A stretch of 32,847 bases of DNA from an uncultured bacterium (GTDB lineage: Bacteria; Bipolaricaulota; Bipolaricaulia; UBA7950; UBA9294): contig CBFCYU010000002.1 of NCBI GenBank assembly GCA_965602415.1, positions 1 to 32,847 of the forward strand, written 5' to 3'. This document shows, in pieces, positions 1 through 8,320 of this stretch (positions are counted from its first letter, which is position 1; each line of letters begins with the position of its first letter). Under the pieces are notes generated by a model. It had not been told where the DNA came from and ran no database searches. It was given only the letters and a program-made list of their open reading frames with translations. The translations under genes and the position numbers were made by a program.

Positions 1-472
1 CGAGTGAGATGCCCTCCGGCGGCGCGCCGAGAAGGGCCGAGCCACCGCCGGAGATGAGGCAGAGGACGAGATCTCCCGGGCCAACCCCGTCCGACAGCTC
101 GCCGATCGCCGCCGCCGCCCTCAGCCCGTTCTCGTCCGGAACCGGATGCCCCGCTTCGAGCACGCGAAGCCCTTCCACGGGACCTCCGCAACCGTACCGC
201 GTCAAGGCGATCCCTCCTGCCAAGGCGGAGCCAAGCCTCTCCGAGACGGCTCCGGCCATCGGAACGGCCGCCTTGCCGATCGCGATCGTCCAGACGCGTC
301 CCTCCGACATGTCGAAGACCGTTGAGCCCACGCGAAGTCGTTCTCCGTCGTGGGAGAGGACCTCCTGCACGCAGCACTTCGGGTCGATCGCCGCAAACCC
401 GTTCTCGAGGAGGTCGAGAACGAGATCTCGTCCGAAGCCCGCTCGCATCCTCGATCGATCGAATCGGATCAT
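1..472 (-). CDS. glycerate 2-kinase (MOFRL/DUF4147, TtuD/GckA type), N-terminal ~157 aa; gene runs off the left edge
   Basis: Not in the ORF track because there is no stop in the window. Own minus-strand translation from ATG 472: MIRFDRSRMRAGFGRDLVLDLLENGFAAIDPKCCVQEVL...VWTIAIGKAAVPMAGAV...LEAGHPVPDENGLRAA...DLVLCLISGGGSALLGAPPEGISL. AIGKAA, EAGHPVPDE and LISGGGSAL are hallmark motifs of this kinase family. GGGAGG lies 7 nt upstream. The ATG overlaps the upstream stop (ATGA, 469-472). ATG 448 is an alternative start. Confidence 0.8.
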   Translation of the reverse strand, partial: MIRFDRSRMRAGFGRDLVLDLLENGFAAIDPKCCVQEVLSHDGERLRVGSTVFDMSEGRVWTIAIGKAAVPMAGAVSERLGSALAGGIALTRYGCGGPVEGLRVLEAGHPVPDENGLRAAAAIGELSDGVGPGDLVLCLISGGGSALLGAPPEGISL

Positions 473-1137
473 CGGTTCGCCTCCCGCTCTCCCTCGGCGC
501 AGATCGCCCGGATCGGACACCCCGTGCAGATGGGACTCGAGCGGCAATGCTCCTTCCCGTGCCGGACGATCAGCGCGTGGAATTCGCCGAGAAGGCCGAC
601 GTCGCTGGGGAGGGCGGACAGAAACAGTCCGCGGAGATCCCGGTACCGTTCGCCGCCATCGATCCATCCAAGCCGGGCCAGCAAGCGACGTGCGTACGCG
701 TCGATTACAAAGCTCGGCTTCCCCGCGGCGTAAACAAGGATCGCGTCCGCCGTCTCCTCCCCAATCCCGAACAGACCGAGCAGCTCCTCACGCAGACCGT
801 TGGTCGGCAAAGAGAACACCCGGCTCAGATCTCCTTTGTGCCGCTCGATCAGGTACGCCGTGAGTGCCTTCAGCTTCTTCGCCTTGGCATTGTGGAAGCC
901 CGCGGCACGTATCGACTCCGCAACCCGCTCGACCGGTGCCTCGCCGATCGCCTCAACGGACAAGAGACCGCACTCTCTGAGGCCCTGGAGCGCTTGCTCC
1001 GCGTTTCGCCAACCCGTCCGCTGTGTCAGGATCGCTCCCACGATCATCTCAAACGGGTCGTCCGCTGGCCACCAATCCTGCGGGCCGTATGCGGCCAGGA
1101 GGTGATCGAAGAGGTCGCGGACACGATTCCTGAGCAT
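469..1137 (-). CDS. HhH-GPD base-excision DNA glycosylase, endonuclease III-like, with C-terminal [4Fe-4S] loop
   Basis: ORF 469..1215. HhH-GPD core (GAILTQRTGWRNAEQA, LFGIGEETADAILVYA) and a Cx6Cx2Cx5C cluster loop (CRSSPICTGCPIRAIC). Start placed at Met27 (ATG 1137, MLRNRVRDLF...) because family members begin about there. A TTGGTC-N17-TATCCT promoter-like element (1147-1175, minus strand) ends 9 nt upstream. The frame stays open up to 1215. Confidence 0.8.
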   Translation of the reverse strand: MLRNRVRDLFDHLLAAYGPQDWWPADDPFEMIVGAILTQRTGWRNAEQALQGLRECGLLSVEAIGEAPVERVAESIRAAGFHNAKAKKLKALTAYLIERHKGDLSRVFSLPTNGLREELLGLFGIGEETADAILVYAAGKPSFVIDAYARRLLARLGWIDGGERYRDLRGLFLSALPSDVGLLGEFHALIVRHGKEHCRSSPICTGCPIRAICAEGEREANR

Positions 1138-1187
1138 TGGGGAGAGAGGATACCGGGGCAAGGCACGTCGACCAACCCGACGCCCTG

Positions 1188-1223
1188 TTGAAATGAGACT
1201 GAGAATCGTTATCATCTCAGGTC
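1188..1223 (+). promoter_or_regulatory. putative feoA promoter (TTGAAA-N16-TATCAT) overlapped by a Fur-box-like AT-rich element; predicts a (near-)leaderless feoA mRNA
   Basis: -35 TTGAAA 1188-1193 and -10 TATCAT 1210-1215. Only 8 nt separate the -10 from the feoA ATG (1224), with no Shine-Dalgarno in between. GAGAATCGTTATCATCTCA (1201-1219) matches 11 of 19 positions of the classical Fur box GATAATGATAATCATTATC (own count). It has TGAGA/TCTCA inverted ends (1200-1219). Confidence 0.45.
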
Positions 1224-1502
1224 ATGACGCTCGATCAGCTCGGACCCGGGGGCGAGGCACGCGTACTCGACATCCGGGCGGGACACGGCCTGCGGCAGCG
1301 ATTGAATCACCTCGGCATCCACCCGGGTGACATCCTCCGCCTGTCCGGGCGCGGCGCGTTTCGCGGCCCTCTCCTCGTGCAGGTCCACGGGATGCAGGTC
1401 GCGCTCGGCCGCGGTGTCGCTCGTCACGTCCTCGTCGAGGCGGTGACCAAAACGACCGTCCCTCGGGGGCGTCGTCGCCGGTTCGGGAGGTCCTCGCCAT
1501 GA
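1224..1502 (+). CDS. feoA: ferrous iron transport protein A (FeoA)
   Basis: 92 aa. FeoA-like pattern LDQLGPGGEARVLDI...LRQRLNHLGIHPGDILRL...GPLLVQVHGMQVALGRGVARHVLVE. Same operon as feoB. Confidence 0.85.
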   Translation: MTLDQLGPGGEARVLDIRAGHGLRQRLNHLGIHPGDILRLSGRGAFRGPLLVQVHGMQVALGRGVARHVLVEAVTKTTVPRGRRRRFGRSSP

Positions 1503-1936
1503 CCACCAAGGGCCATGCGATTGAGTGCCTCCGGGCGGCGGGGAGGCGCATCACCCCGGAGCGGGAGCTCCTCGTCCGGATCATCAGTCGGACTCCGCAT
1601 CTCGACGCAACGGAGATCTACCGAATCGCAAAGGAGGAGCAGTCCCGGATCGGCCTCGCGACAGTCTACCGCACGTTGAACCTACTGAACGAGCTCGGTG
1701 TCGTCCGAGTCTGTGAGCTCGGCGAGGCGCATCGTCACTACGAGGTTCAGCAGGACGATCACCTCCATCTCGTCTGCTCCGACTGCGGTCGCATCATCGA
1801 CATCCCTCAGTCCACGACCATCCGCGACCTCGCGGAATCGCGAGGATTCCACGTCGAGCAGATCCGTCTCGAGCTGATCGGCTACTGCACCGCCTGTGCG
1901 AAGAAGCGCTCCGCGATGGCGCGAAATGGAGCGTAG
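1499..1936 (+). CDS. fur: Fur-family metalloregulator embedded between feoA and feoB
   Basis: 145 aa. wHTH (ATEIYRIAKEE...GLATVYRTLNLLNELGVV), a His-rich site plus CxxC (HRHYE...HLHLVCSDCG) and a C-terminal CTAC (second CxxC). ATGA overlap with the feoA stop (1499-1502). GGGAGG 8 nt upstream. Iron specificity (Fur versus Zur/PerR) is inferred from context only. Confidence 0.8.
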   Translation: MTTKGHAIECLRAAGRRITPERELLVRIISRTPHLDATEIYRIAKEEQSRIGLATVYRTLNLLNELGVVRVCELGEAHRHYEVQQDDHLHLVCSDCGRIIDIPQSTTIRDLAESRGFHVEQIRLELIGYCTACAKKRSAMARNGA

Positions 1937-1938
1937 AC

Positions 1939-3882
1939 GTGCCCACTTCCCGCTCCAGGGTCTTTCGGATCGCCCTGATCGGCCAGCCGAATTGCGGCAA
2001 GAGCACGATCTTCAACCACCTCGTCGGGTACAAGGCGAACACCTCGAATCTCCCCGGGACGACGGTCGAGTACCTCAAGAGCGAAGCCCTGGTCGGCGGA
2101 CAGCACGCCGAGGTCATCGATCTCCCCGGAACGTACTCGCTGACGTCGCTCGATAAGGCAGAAGCAGAGACGCGCAACTTCCTGATCAACGAGCCGATCG
2201 ATGCGGTGCTCAACGTCGCCGACGCGTCCCTTCTCTCTCGGAGCCTCGAACTGACTCTACAGGTTCTGGAGCTTGGGATCCCGATGGTCCTCTGCCTGAA
2301 CATGATCGACGAGGCGCGTCGCAAGGGGATCGATATCGACGCCGAGGCGCTGAGCGAACTCCTCGGCATCTCGGTGATTCCGGCCATCGCCGTCCGAGGG
2401 ACCGGCGTCATGGAGGCGGCCGTCGCGACGACCCGCGTCGCAAGGGAGCACGCCGTCGCCCCGCCGCCCACCTACAGCCAAGACGTCGAATCCGCGATCG
2501 ACTCGCTCGAACGAGAGGTAAGCGGCACAGCACGTGAGTCCTCACTGTCGAACGCCCGACTGACCGCGATCAAGCTGCTGGAAAGCGATCCGTTCTTCAT
2601 CGAGCACGCGAAGGCCGAAGCGCCCGATCTCCTCGACGTCGCGTCGTCGCTCCGGGACCGGATCGCCGCCCAGCGGGGGCGGAGCGGAGAGAGCGTCCTT
2701 TCCGCCGAGCGCCACAGCAAGGGGATGGAGCTGTTCGAACGCGTTGCCACCGTCGGAACACCGATCCGCAGCCTGCGCGATCGGATCGACCGCTTCCTGA
2801 TGCACCCGGTCCTCGGCGTGATCGCCCTCGGGGCGATCCTGTACGGGCTTTTCTACATCGTATTCACCGTCGGCTCTCTGGTTGAAGGTCCGTTGGTCGG
2901 CTGGTTCGATCAGTCGATCGAGCTGATCGCCAGAGTGATTCCCGCGGATCACATCGCGTTCTTCGCGATTCAGGGGCTCATCCAGGGGATCGGTGGGGCC
3001 ATTGGGATCGTCCTTCCGTACCTCGTTCCTTTCCTGATCGGGCTTGCCGTTCTCGAGGACGTCGGCTATCTCCCGCGGGCCGGCTACCTTGCCGACGGCC
3101 TGATGCACCGGATCGGCTTGCACGGTAAGTCGGTCATCCCGTTCATCCTCGGATACGGGTGCAGCGTACCGGCGGTGATGGCAACGCGCATTCTCGATTC
3201 ACGTCGGGATCGATTCGTCACGGCGATGCTCGCTGTGATGATCCCTTGTGTCGCCCGTACGACGATCATCTTCGGGCTGATCGGCTACTTCCTCGGCCCA
3301 CACCTCGCGTTCCTGTTGTACGTCATCAACATCATCGTGATCGCCGCTGCAGGCAAGCTCCTCACTCTCCTTTTCCCTCGCGTGACCCCGGGGCTGATCC
3401 TCGAAATCCCGTCGTACAAGATCCCGTCCGCGCATGTGATCGGAGCGAAGGTGTGGCTGCGGGTGCACGAGTTTCTGCGGTACGCAGTGCCGCTGCTCGT
3501 CCTCGGCAGCGTGGTGATGAGCCTGCTCGAATACGTCGATGTGAACCGCTATCTGAATCTCGCTCTGTTCCCGGTTACGTGGAGCCTCGGCCTCCCTCTC
3601 GTCCTCGGGGTTCCGCTGATCCTCGGGATCTTCCGCAAGGAATTGTCCCTCGTCATGCTCTTCCAGGCGCTGGGAACCGCCGAGGTGGCAAGCGTTCTGA
3701 CCGCGGGGCAGATGATGACCTACACCCTGTTCGTTCTGTTCTACATCCCCTGCATCGCGACGATTGCTGTTCTGCGGCGCGAGCTCGGGAACGCTCAGAC
3801 CGGACTCGTTGTCGCGACCACGACGGGAATCGCTCTCGTCGTCGCCCTGCTGGCCCGGGGAGTCTTCGCCCTGCTCGGCTAG
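1939..3882 (+). CDS. feoB: ferrous iron transporter FeoB (G-domain plus polytopic membrane domain)
   Basis: 647 aa. GTG start 2 nt after the fur stop, GGAG 7 nt upstream. G-domain motifs GQPNCGKSTIFN, NLPGTTVE, DLPG and NMID, followed by a long hydrophobic permease domain. Confidence 0.92.
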   Translation: MPTSRSRVFRIALIGQPNCGKSTIFNHLVGYKANTSNLPGTTVEYLKSEALVGGQHAEVIDLPGTYSLTSLDKAEAETRNFLINEPIDAVLNVADASLLSRSLELTLQVLELGIPMVLCLNMIDEARRKGIDIDAEALSELLGISVIPAIAVRGTGVMEAAVATTRVAREHAVAPPPTYSQDVESAIDSLEREVSGTARESSLSNARLTAIKLLESDPFFIEHAKAEAPDLLDVASSLRDRIAAQRGRSGESVLSAERHSKGMELFERVATVGTPIRSLRDRIDRFLMHPVLGVIALGAILYGLFYIVFTVGSLVEGPLVGWFDQSIELIARVIPADHIAFFAIQGLIQGIGGAIGIVLPYLVPFLIGLAVLEDVGYLPRAGYLADGLMHRIGLHGKSVIPFILGYGCSVPAVMATRILDSRRDRFVTAMLAVMIPCVARTTIIFGLIGYFLGPHLAFLLYVINIIVIAAAGKLLTLLFPRVTPGLILEIPSYKIPSAHVIGAKVWLRVHEFLRYAVPLLVLGSVVMSLLEYVDVNRYLNLALFPVTWSLGLPLVLGVPLILGIFRKELSLVMLFQALGTAEVASVLTAGQMMTYTLFVLFYIPCIATIAVLRRELGNAQTGLVVATTTGIALVVALLARGVFALLG

Positions 3883-3944
3883 CCAAGCGGTGGTCCGCCC
3901 CTCCTCAATGGGGTATTCTCCGACTCAATCGGGGGGGAGGCTAC

Positions 3945-4517
3945 ATGACCAGGATCGAGGAGTTCGCGACCCACATCCGGGGGCCTCACGAGCACGCAGC
4001 CTACGACAGCAGCACAGACGCAGCAGAGCTACGCGCCAAACAACTCGACGCGATCGCCAAGTCGGCTTTCAACAATCTCCGTACCTACGGCAATTGCTGC
4101 CGATCGACGCTCTGGTCGCTTCAGACGCACCTCCGCCTCGACAATGCGGATATCCTCAGGGCAACCGCGACGCTCGCAGGCGGGATCGGCGGGACCGGCG
4201 AGACGTGCGGCGCCGTGATCGGCGCGTTGATGGGCATCGGCCTTCACCTGGGATCGTCGGATTTCTGCGACACGCAAAGCACCCAAGCCTGTCTGGCAGC
4301 AACGGGCCAGTTCGTCAAGCGATTCACGGCGCGATTCGATACCACGCGCTGCCACGGCGTCCAGAAGGCGACGATCGGCTGGTGCTGCGACGATCCGGAT
4401 CTCATGGAAAAATGGGTCGACGACGACGGCCCGATCGCCTGCGCCGGGGTCTGCGCCGAAGCGGCGCGGATCGCCGCTGATTTGATCCTCGGGAGTGAAG
4501 ACGAAGCGGACGGGTAG
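3945..4517 (+). CDS. C_GCAxxG_C_C family (putative redox-active) protein
   Basis: C-terminal 190 aa of track ORF 3159..4517; the upstream part of that ORF overlaps feoB in another frame and is rejected. ATG 3945 is preceded by GGGGGGAGG. Cys pattern: NCCRSTLWSL ... GGIGGTGETCGAVIGALMGIG ... TRCHGV ... IACAGVC. Confidence 0.7.
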   Translation: MTRIEEFATHIRGPHEHAAYDSSTDAAELRAKQLDAIAKSAFNNLRTYGNCCRSTLWSLQTHLRLDNADILRATATLAGGIGGTGETCGAVIGALMGIGLHLGSSDFCDTQSTQACLAATGQFVKRFTARFDTTRCHGVQKATIGWCCDDPDLMEKWVDDDGPIACAGVCAEAARIAADLILGSEDEADG

Positions 4518-4659
4518 ATCGCGTCGGATGCTCCGACTCCCTTGACCTTCCCAGCCAGACGAGCTTGCCCCCAGTACTCGGCACCGCGGTCATCGATCAC
4601 CTCCGCGCTGCAAGGACCCGATGCTACCAAGGACCTTGTGAAAGGATCGTATCCTCGGT

Positions 4660-5661
4660 TCACCCCAGCTTGCTGCGGGTGCCGGAGCGAGCCAGTCCGG
4701 ACGCCGAGATGGCGAGAACCAAGATGGCTCCATGAATGACGTACTGAAGGTAGAACGGCACACCAAGAATGACCAACCCGTTGTTCAGCGTCCCAATGAA
4801 CAGGACACCAATCAGCGTCCCAACGATGTTGAACCGCCCAACACGGAAGGTCGTCGCCCCGAGAAAGCAGGCGGCAAACGCACTGAGTAAAAGACCCTCT
4901 CCAGCCCTCGGCTGCCCCGAGGAGAGCCTTGCGGCCAGCAGCACCCCGGTGAGCGCAGCCAGCACACCGGAGATGACGAATCCCAGAAGATGGACACGAA
5001 TCACGCGGATCCCGGAATATCTCGACGCCGTGGGGTTGCCGCCTACGGCGTAGAGCTTCTTGCCGAATGCTGTGTGACTCGCTGAAACGTAGATCACGAT
5101 GTACACCAGCAACATGATGTAGACAAGGTACGGCATGCCAAGAAACGTGCCTCGTCCAATCCGGACAAACGACTGCGGGATCCCCGAGTAAAGCGAGTAC
5201 CCACCTGTGTACCACAGCGTCAGTCCTCGCAGCATCGTCTGGATTGCCAGCGTCACAATGAACGGCGATATCCCGACAACGGCAGAGAAGAAACCATTGA
5301 CTAGACCGATGCCCACGCCCATGGAGAGCACAATCGGAATCGCGAGCCACATGCCCATCTGGGGAAGGAGCGCCGCGATCATCACCCCACTCCAAGTGGC
5401 GATGGCCGCCACAGAGAGGTCGAAGTCGCCGAGGACGAGGCAAACGGTCAGCCCGGCGGAAAGGATTCCGAGAAGCGAGATCTGCTTGAGGATTGAGATC
5501 AGGTTCCCGACCGTTGGAAAGATTCCGGGGCGGAGGATTGAGAAGCAGAGGAACAAGACGAACAACGAGACGATGATGCCATACCGCCGCGCGACGGAAA
5601 GGATCCCGGCGGCCAACGGCCATCCCATCATCCGCGGAACGGATGGCTCACTGCTCGACAT
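4660..5661 (-). CDS. CUT2 (ribose/monosaccharide-type) ABC transporter permease
   Basis: 333 aa polytopic protein with RbsC-like signatures (ISLLGILSAGLTVCLVLGDFDLSVAAI; AVGGNPTASRYSGI). Its start overlaps the upstream permease gene by 14 nt. Confidence 0.88.
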   Translation of the reverse strand: MSSSEPSVPRMMGWPLAAGILSVARRYGIIVSLFVLFLCFSILRPGIFPTVGNLISILKQISLLGILSAGLTVCLVLGDFDLSVAAIATWSGVMIAALLPQMGMWLAIPIVLSMGVGIGLVNGFFSAVVGISPFIVTLAIQTMLRGLTLWYTGGYSLYSGIPQSFVRIGRGTFLGMPYLVYIMLLVYIVIYVSASHTAFGKKLYAVGGNPTASRYSGIRVIRVHLLGFVISGVLAALTGVLLAARLSSGQPRAGEGLLLSAFAACFLGATTFRVGRFNIVGTLIGVLFIGTLNNGLVILGVPFYLQYVIHGAILVLAISASGLARSGTRSKLG

Positions 5662-6703
5662 CGGTCGCCTCTCCTTCGTTACTCGGTTCTTGGCGCACTG
5701 CCCGAAGACGAACTGTATGCAGCAGCCCCAGCCAGAGGCCTGCCGACGTCACCGCCGCGATGAGGATGGCCCCTTGCACGACCAACTGCAGGTGGTATGG
5801 AACGTCGAGGAGCGTGAACCCGTTGAAAATCGTGCCCATGATCAGCGTTCCGATCAGTGTCCCAACGATATGAAATCGGCCGACATAGATTGACGCCGCT
5901 CCGAGGAAAGCGACCGTGAATGCATCGAACAGGAAGCGATTCCCGATGGTCGGCTCCGCAAGTCCCAGTCGCGCCACCAGGAGAACCCCCGTCAGTCCGG
6001 CAAGTGCTCCGGAGAGCATGAACCCGGCCGTCTTCAGGCGGATGCCTGAAATCCCGGCGAATCGGGCCGCTTCCGGGCTTCCACCGACGGCGTACATGCG
6101 ACGTCCGGTCGTCGTGTGGTTCATCAGCACGTGGAGCATGAGTAGCACACCGGCCATGACGAAAACGAGGTAGGGGATGTGCAGGAAGGCGCCTTTGCCG
6201 ATGTGCAAGAAACCCTTCGGGATTCCACTGTAGAGGATCGACCCACTTCCACTCGTGTACCAATAGCTGAATCCGGTGAGCACGGTCATCATCCCGAGCG
6301 TTGTCATGAACGAAGAGACGCGCAAGGTGGTGATGATCAATCCGCTGACCAGCCCAATCGCCGCGCAGACCGCTAGCACGGCCAGCACGGCCAGCACGGG
6401 ATGCATGTGAGGGACCCACCCGGCCGTGAGAACAGCGCCGAGTGTGGCCACAGCTCCAATGGAGAGGTCGAATTCATTCATCACGAGACAGATCGTCAGG
6501 CCAGCGGCGCAGATCCCAAGGAGAGAAATCTGATTGAGGATGTTTAGGAGATTTCGCACGGTCGGGAAGACGTTCGGTTTCAGGACCGTGAAGACGACAA
6601 TGAGGATCAACAGACCGAGGACCGTCCCGTACTGCCCGCCCTTCACCAAGACGTCCTCAAAGCGCCGTCTCAGTCTACCTCTCGACGTAGGCAAAGTGAC
6701 CAT
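5648..6703 (-). CDS. CUT2 ABC transporter permease (second membrane subunit)
   Basis: 351 aa, paralogous to the neighbouring permease (ISLLGICAAGLTICLVMNEFDLSIGAV; AVGGSPEAARFAGI). Starts 4 nt after the ATPase stop. Confidence 0.88.
   Translation of the reverse strand: MVTLPTSRGRLRRRFEDVLVKGGQYGTVLGLLILIVVFTVLKPNVFPTVRNLLNILNQISLLGICAAGLTICLVMNEFDLSIGAVATLGAVLTAGWVPHMHPVLAVLAVLAVCAAIGLVSGLIITTLRVSSFMTTLGMMTVLTGFSYWYTSGSGSILYSGIPKGFLHIGKGAFLHIPYLVFVMAGVLLMLHVLMNHTTTGRRMYAVGGSPEAARFAGISGIRLKTAGFMLSGALAGLTGVLLVARLGLAEPTIGNRFLFDAFTVAFLGAASIYVGRFHIVGTLIGTLIMGTIFNGFTLLDVPYHLQLVVQGAILIAAVTSAGLWLGLLHTVRLRAVRQEPSNEGEATDVEQ
6372..6398. repeat. in-frame 9-bp tandem repeat x3 (gctagcacg gccagcacg gccagcacg) inside the permease gene
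   Basis: Read directly from the sequence. Encodes VLAVLAVLA in a predicted transmembrane helix of the 5648..6703 permease. Confidence 0.9.
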
Positions 6704-6707
6704 CGGC

Positions 6708-8237
6708 CTACCCTCCGTAGCAGGCTTCCATGATGCGCCGCGCTGAGAGCTCCCGGCGCGGCAGATTCGCGATGAGTCGCCCCCTACGGAGCACGAGAAC
6801 CCGATCGCAAACGCCGGCCAGTTCCTCCGCCTCCGTCGAGACGAACAGAATCGCTCCTCCTCCGTCCGCGAGACGCCGCACCAATCCGTAGATCTCGGCC
6901 TTGGCCGACACGTCGATCCCCCGAGTCGGTTCGCTCAGGACCAACAGGCGCGGCTGGCGAAGAAGCCACTTCGCGAGAACAACCTTTTGCTGGTTGCCGC
7001 CGCTCAGGTATTGGACCTCCTGCTCAAGGTTCGTCGCCACGATCTGAAGTGCTCGCACTTGCTCGGTCGCCGCTTTTCGGGCTCTTCTGCGATGCACAAC
7101 GCGGGTCACCGGATCGATGAGAAAGCGCTGGAGATGCGCGAGGATGATGTTCTCCCAGAGCCGCATCTCCCCCACGACGCCTTGACTCCGCCGCTCTGCG
7201 GGCACGAGTCCGATACCCCGCCCGATCGCCCGGCGCGCACTGCGTGGCTGATACGTCCGGCCGTCGAGGAGGATCTTGCCCAAGGCCGGCGTACCGCCCA
7301 CGCCGAAGAGCAGGTCCGCGAGTTCGTTGTGACCGGCACCGAGGAGTCCAGTGACGCCCAAGACTTCTCGGCTGCGAATTCGGAAACTCAGATCGGTCAG
7401 CCGCCCATCGGCGCTTGTCAGCCGCTCGACTTCCAGCGCAACCTCTCCCATCGGACGGTCCTCCTCGACGGTCGGATAGAGCTCCTGCGGACGGCCTCCG
7501 ACCATGAGGCGAACGAGTTCGCTCAGATCGAGCATCGCCACGTCGGTTGTGGCGACCTTGCGGCCGTCTTTGAGGATCGTGACACGTGAACAGAGCTCGA
7601 AGATCTCCTCCAAGCGATGCGAGATGTAGATCACCGAGGTCCCCTTGGCAGCGAGGGAGCGAACTAGCTCGAAGAGCTCCTGAACGTCCTCCCGGGCAAG
7701 CGACGACGTGGGCTCATCCATGACGAGGATCCGGCCGCGCGAGTAGAGAGCCCGAGCAATCGCCACCATCCATTGCTCCGCGACACTCAGAGATTGCACA
7801 GATCGTCGTGGATCGATCGAGATCCCGAGGTCGTCGAGGATCTCTCCAACGTGTCGATTCAATCGAGGCCAGCAGATCAACCGGCTCGGCCTTCGAATAG
7901 GATACGGATCACCGAGGACGATGTTCTCCGCCACGTTAAACTGCGGGACGAGGTTGAGCTCCTGATGAATAAACCGCATGCCGAGGTCGTGCGCGACGCG
8001 AGGCGTGAGATACTCGACGGATGTACCCTCAACGAGGATCTCGCCTGCATCGCGAGAGTGGATTCCAGCGAGGACCTTGATCAGCGTTGACTTCCCTGCG
8101 CCATTCTGTCCGACGAGAGCGTGGATTTCACCGTGCCGCAAGTCGAAGTCGATCTGCTCGCACGCGACCGTTCCAGGGAACATCTTGGTGATGCCTCGCA
8201 TGTCAAGACGCAGGGGCTCGGTCCCGGTTGCTGCCAT
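6708..8237 (-). CDS. CUT2 sugar ABC transporter ATP-binding protein (fused double ATPase)
   Basis: Track ORF 6708..8357. Two ABC cassettes (Walker A GQNGAGKSTL; signature LSVAEQ and LSGGNQQKV; Walker B ILVMDEPT and LLVLSEPT). Start trimmed to ATG 8237 (MAATGTEPLRLDMRGITKMFPG) because the upstream in-frame ATGs lie inside or next to the 8274-8311 stem-loop and overlap the binding-protein gene end. Confidence 0.88.
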   Translation of the reverse strand: MAATGTEPLRLDMRGITKMFPGTVACEQIDFDLRHGEIHALVGQNGAGKSTLIKVLAGIHSRDAGEILVEGTSVEYLTPRVAHDLGMRFIHQELNLVPQFNVAENIVLGDPYPIRRPSRLICWPRLNRHVGEILDDLGISIDPRRSVQSLSVAEQWMVAIARALYSRGRILVMDEPTSSLAREDVQELFELVRSLAAKGTSVIYISHRLEEIFELCSRVTILKDGRKVATTDVAMLDLSELVRLMVGGRPQELYPTVEEDRPMGEVALEVERLTSADGRLTDLSFRIRSREVLGVTGLLGAGHNELADLLFGVGGTPALGKILLDGRTYQPRSARRAIGRGIGLVPAERRSQGVVGEMRLWENIILAHLQRFLIDPVTRVVHRRRARKAATEQVRALQIVATNLEQEVQYLSGGNQQKVVLAKWLLRQPRLLVLSEPTRGIDVSAKAEIYGLVRRLADGGGAILFVSTEAEELAGVCDRVLVLRRGRLIANLPRRELSARRIMEACYGG

Positions 8238-8273
8238 GGGGTGACTATGCCTTCTTCCAATGGGGAAAACCAA

Positions 8274-8311
8274 GGCGGAGGCTCGGCCACTCATCGCTTG
8301 GAGCCTCCGCC
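8274..8311 (-). terminator. intercistronic GC-rich stem-loop directly after the binding-protein gene (mRNA stabiliser or partial terminator)
   Basis: Perfect 11-bp stem, GGCGGAGGCTC (8274-8284) with GAGCCTCCGCC (8301-8311), and a 16-nt loop. It starts 9 nt after the SBP stop (8321). No U-tract follows on the minus strand. Confidence 0.6.
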
Positions 8312-8320
8312 GATTGCGAG

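Noticed and set aside
9-1191. Long plus-strand ORFs (9..863, 322..1191, 350..733) overlapping the glycerate kinase and nth-like genes
   Set aside because: They are Arg/Pro/Ser-rich with no recognisable motifs, and they lie antisense to ORFs that have clear family signatures. These are typical shadow ORFs of GC-rich DNA.
3159-3944. N-terminal 262 codons of the 452-aa track ORF 3159..4517
   Set aside because: This part overlaps feoB in another frame and is Arg-rich nonsense. The real C_GCAxxG_C_C gene starts at ATG 3945, behind a G-rich ribosome-binding site.
4523-4537. Small hairpin GTCGGA-TGC-TCCGAC 6 nt after the C_GCAxxG_C_C stop, and an imperfect CAAGGACC/GGACCTTG hairpin at 4611-4638, as possible terminators in the convergent gap
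   Set aside because: The stems are short or mismatched and neither strand has a U-tract. I cannot support an intrinsic terminator call.
4244-5623. 459-aa minus-strand ORF overlapping the permease and the C_GCAxxG_C_C gene
   Set aside because: It is in a different frame from the well-supported permease (4660..5661), has Arg/Pro/Trp-rich composition and no membrane or enzyme motifs.
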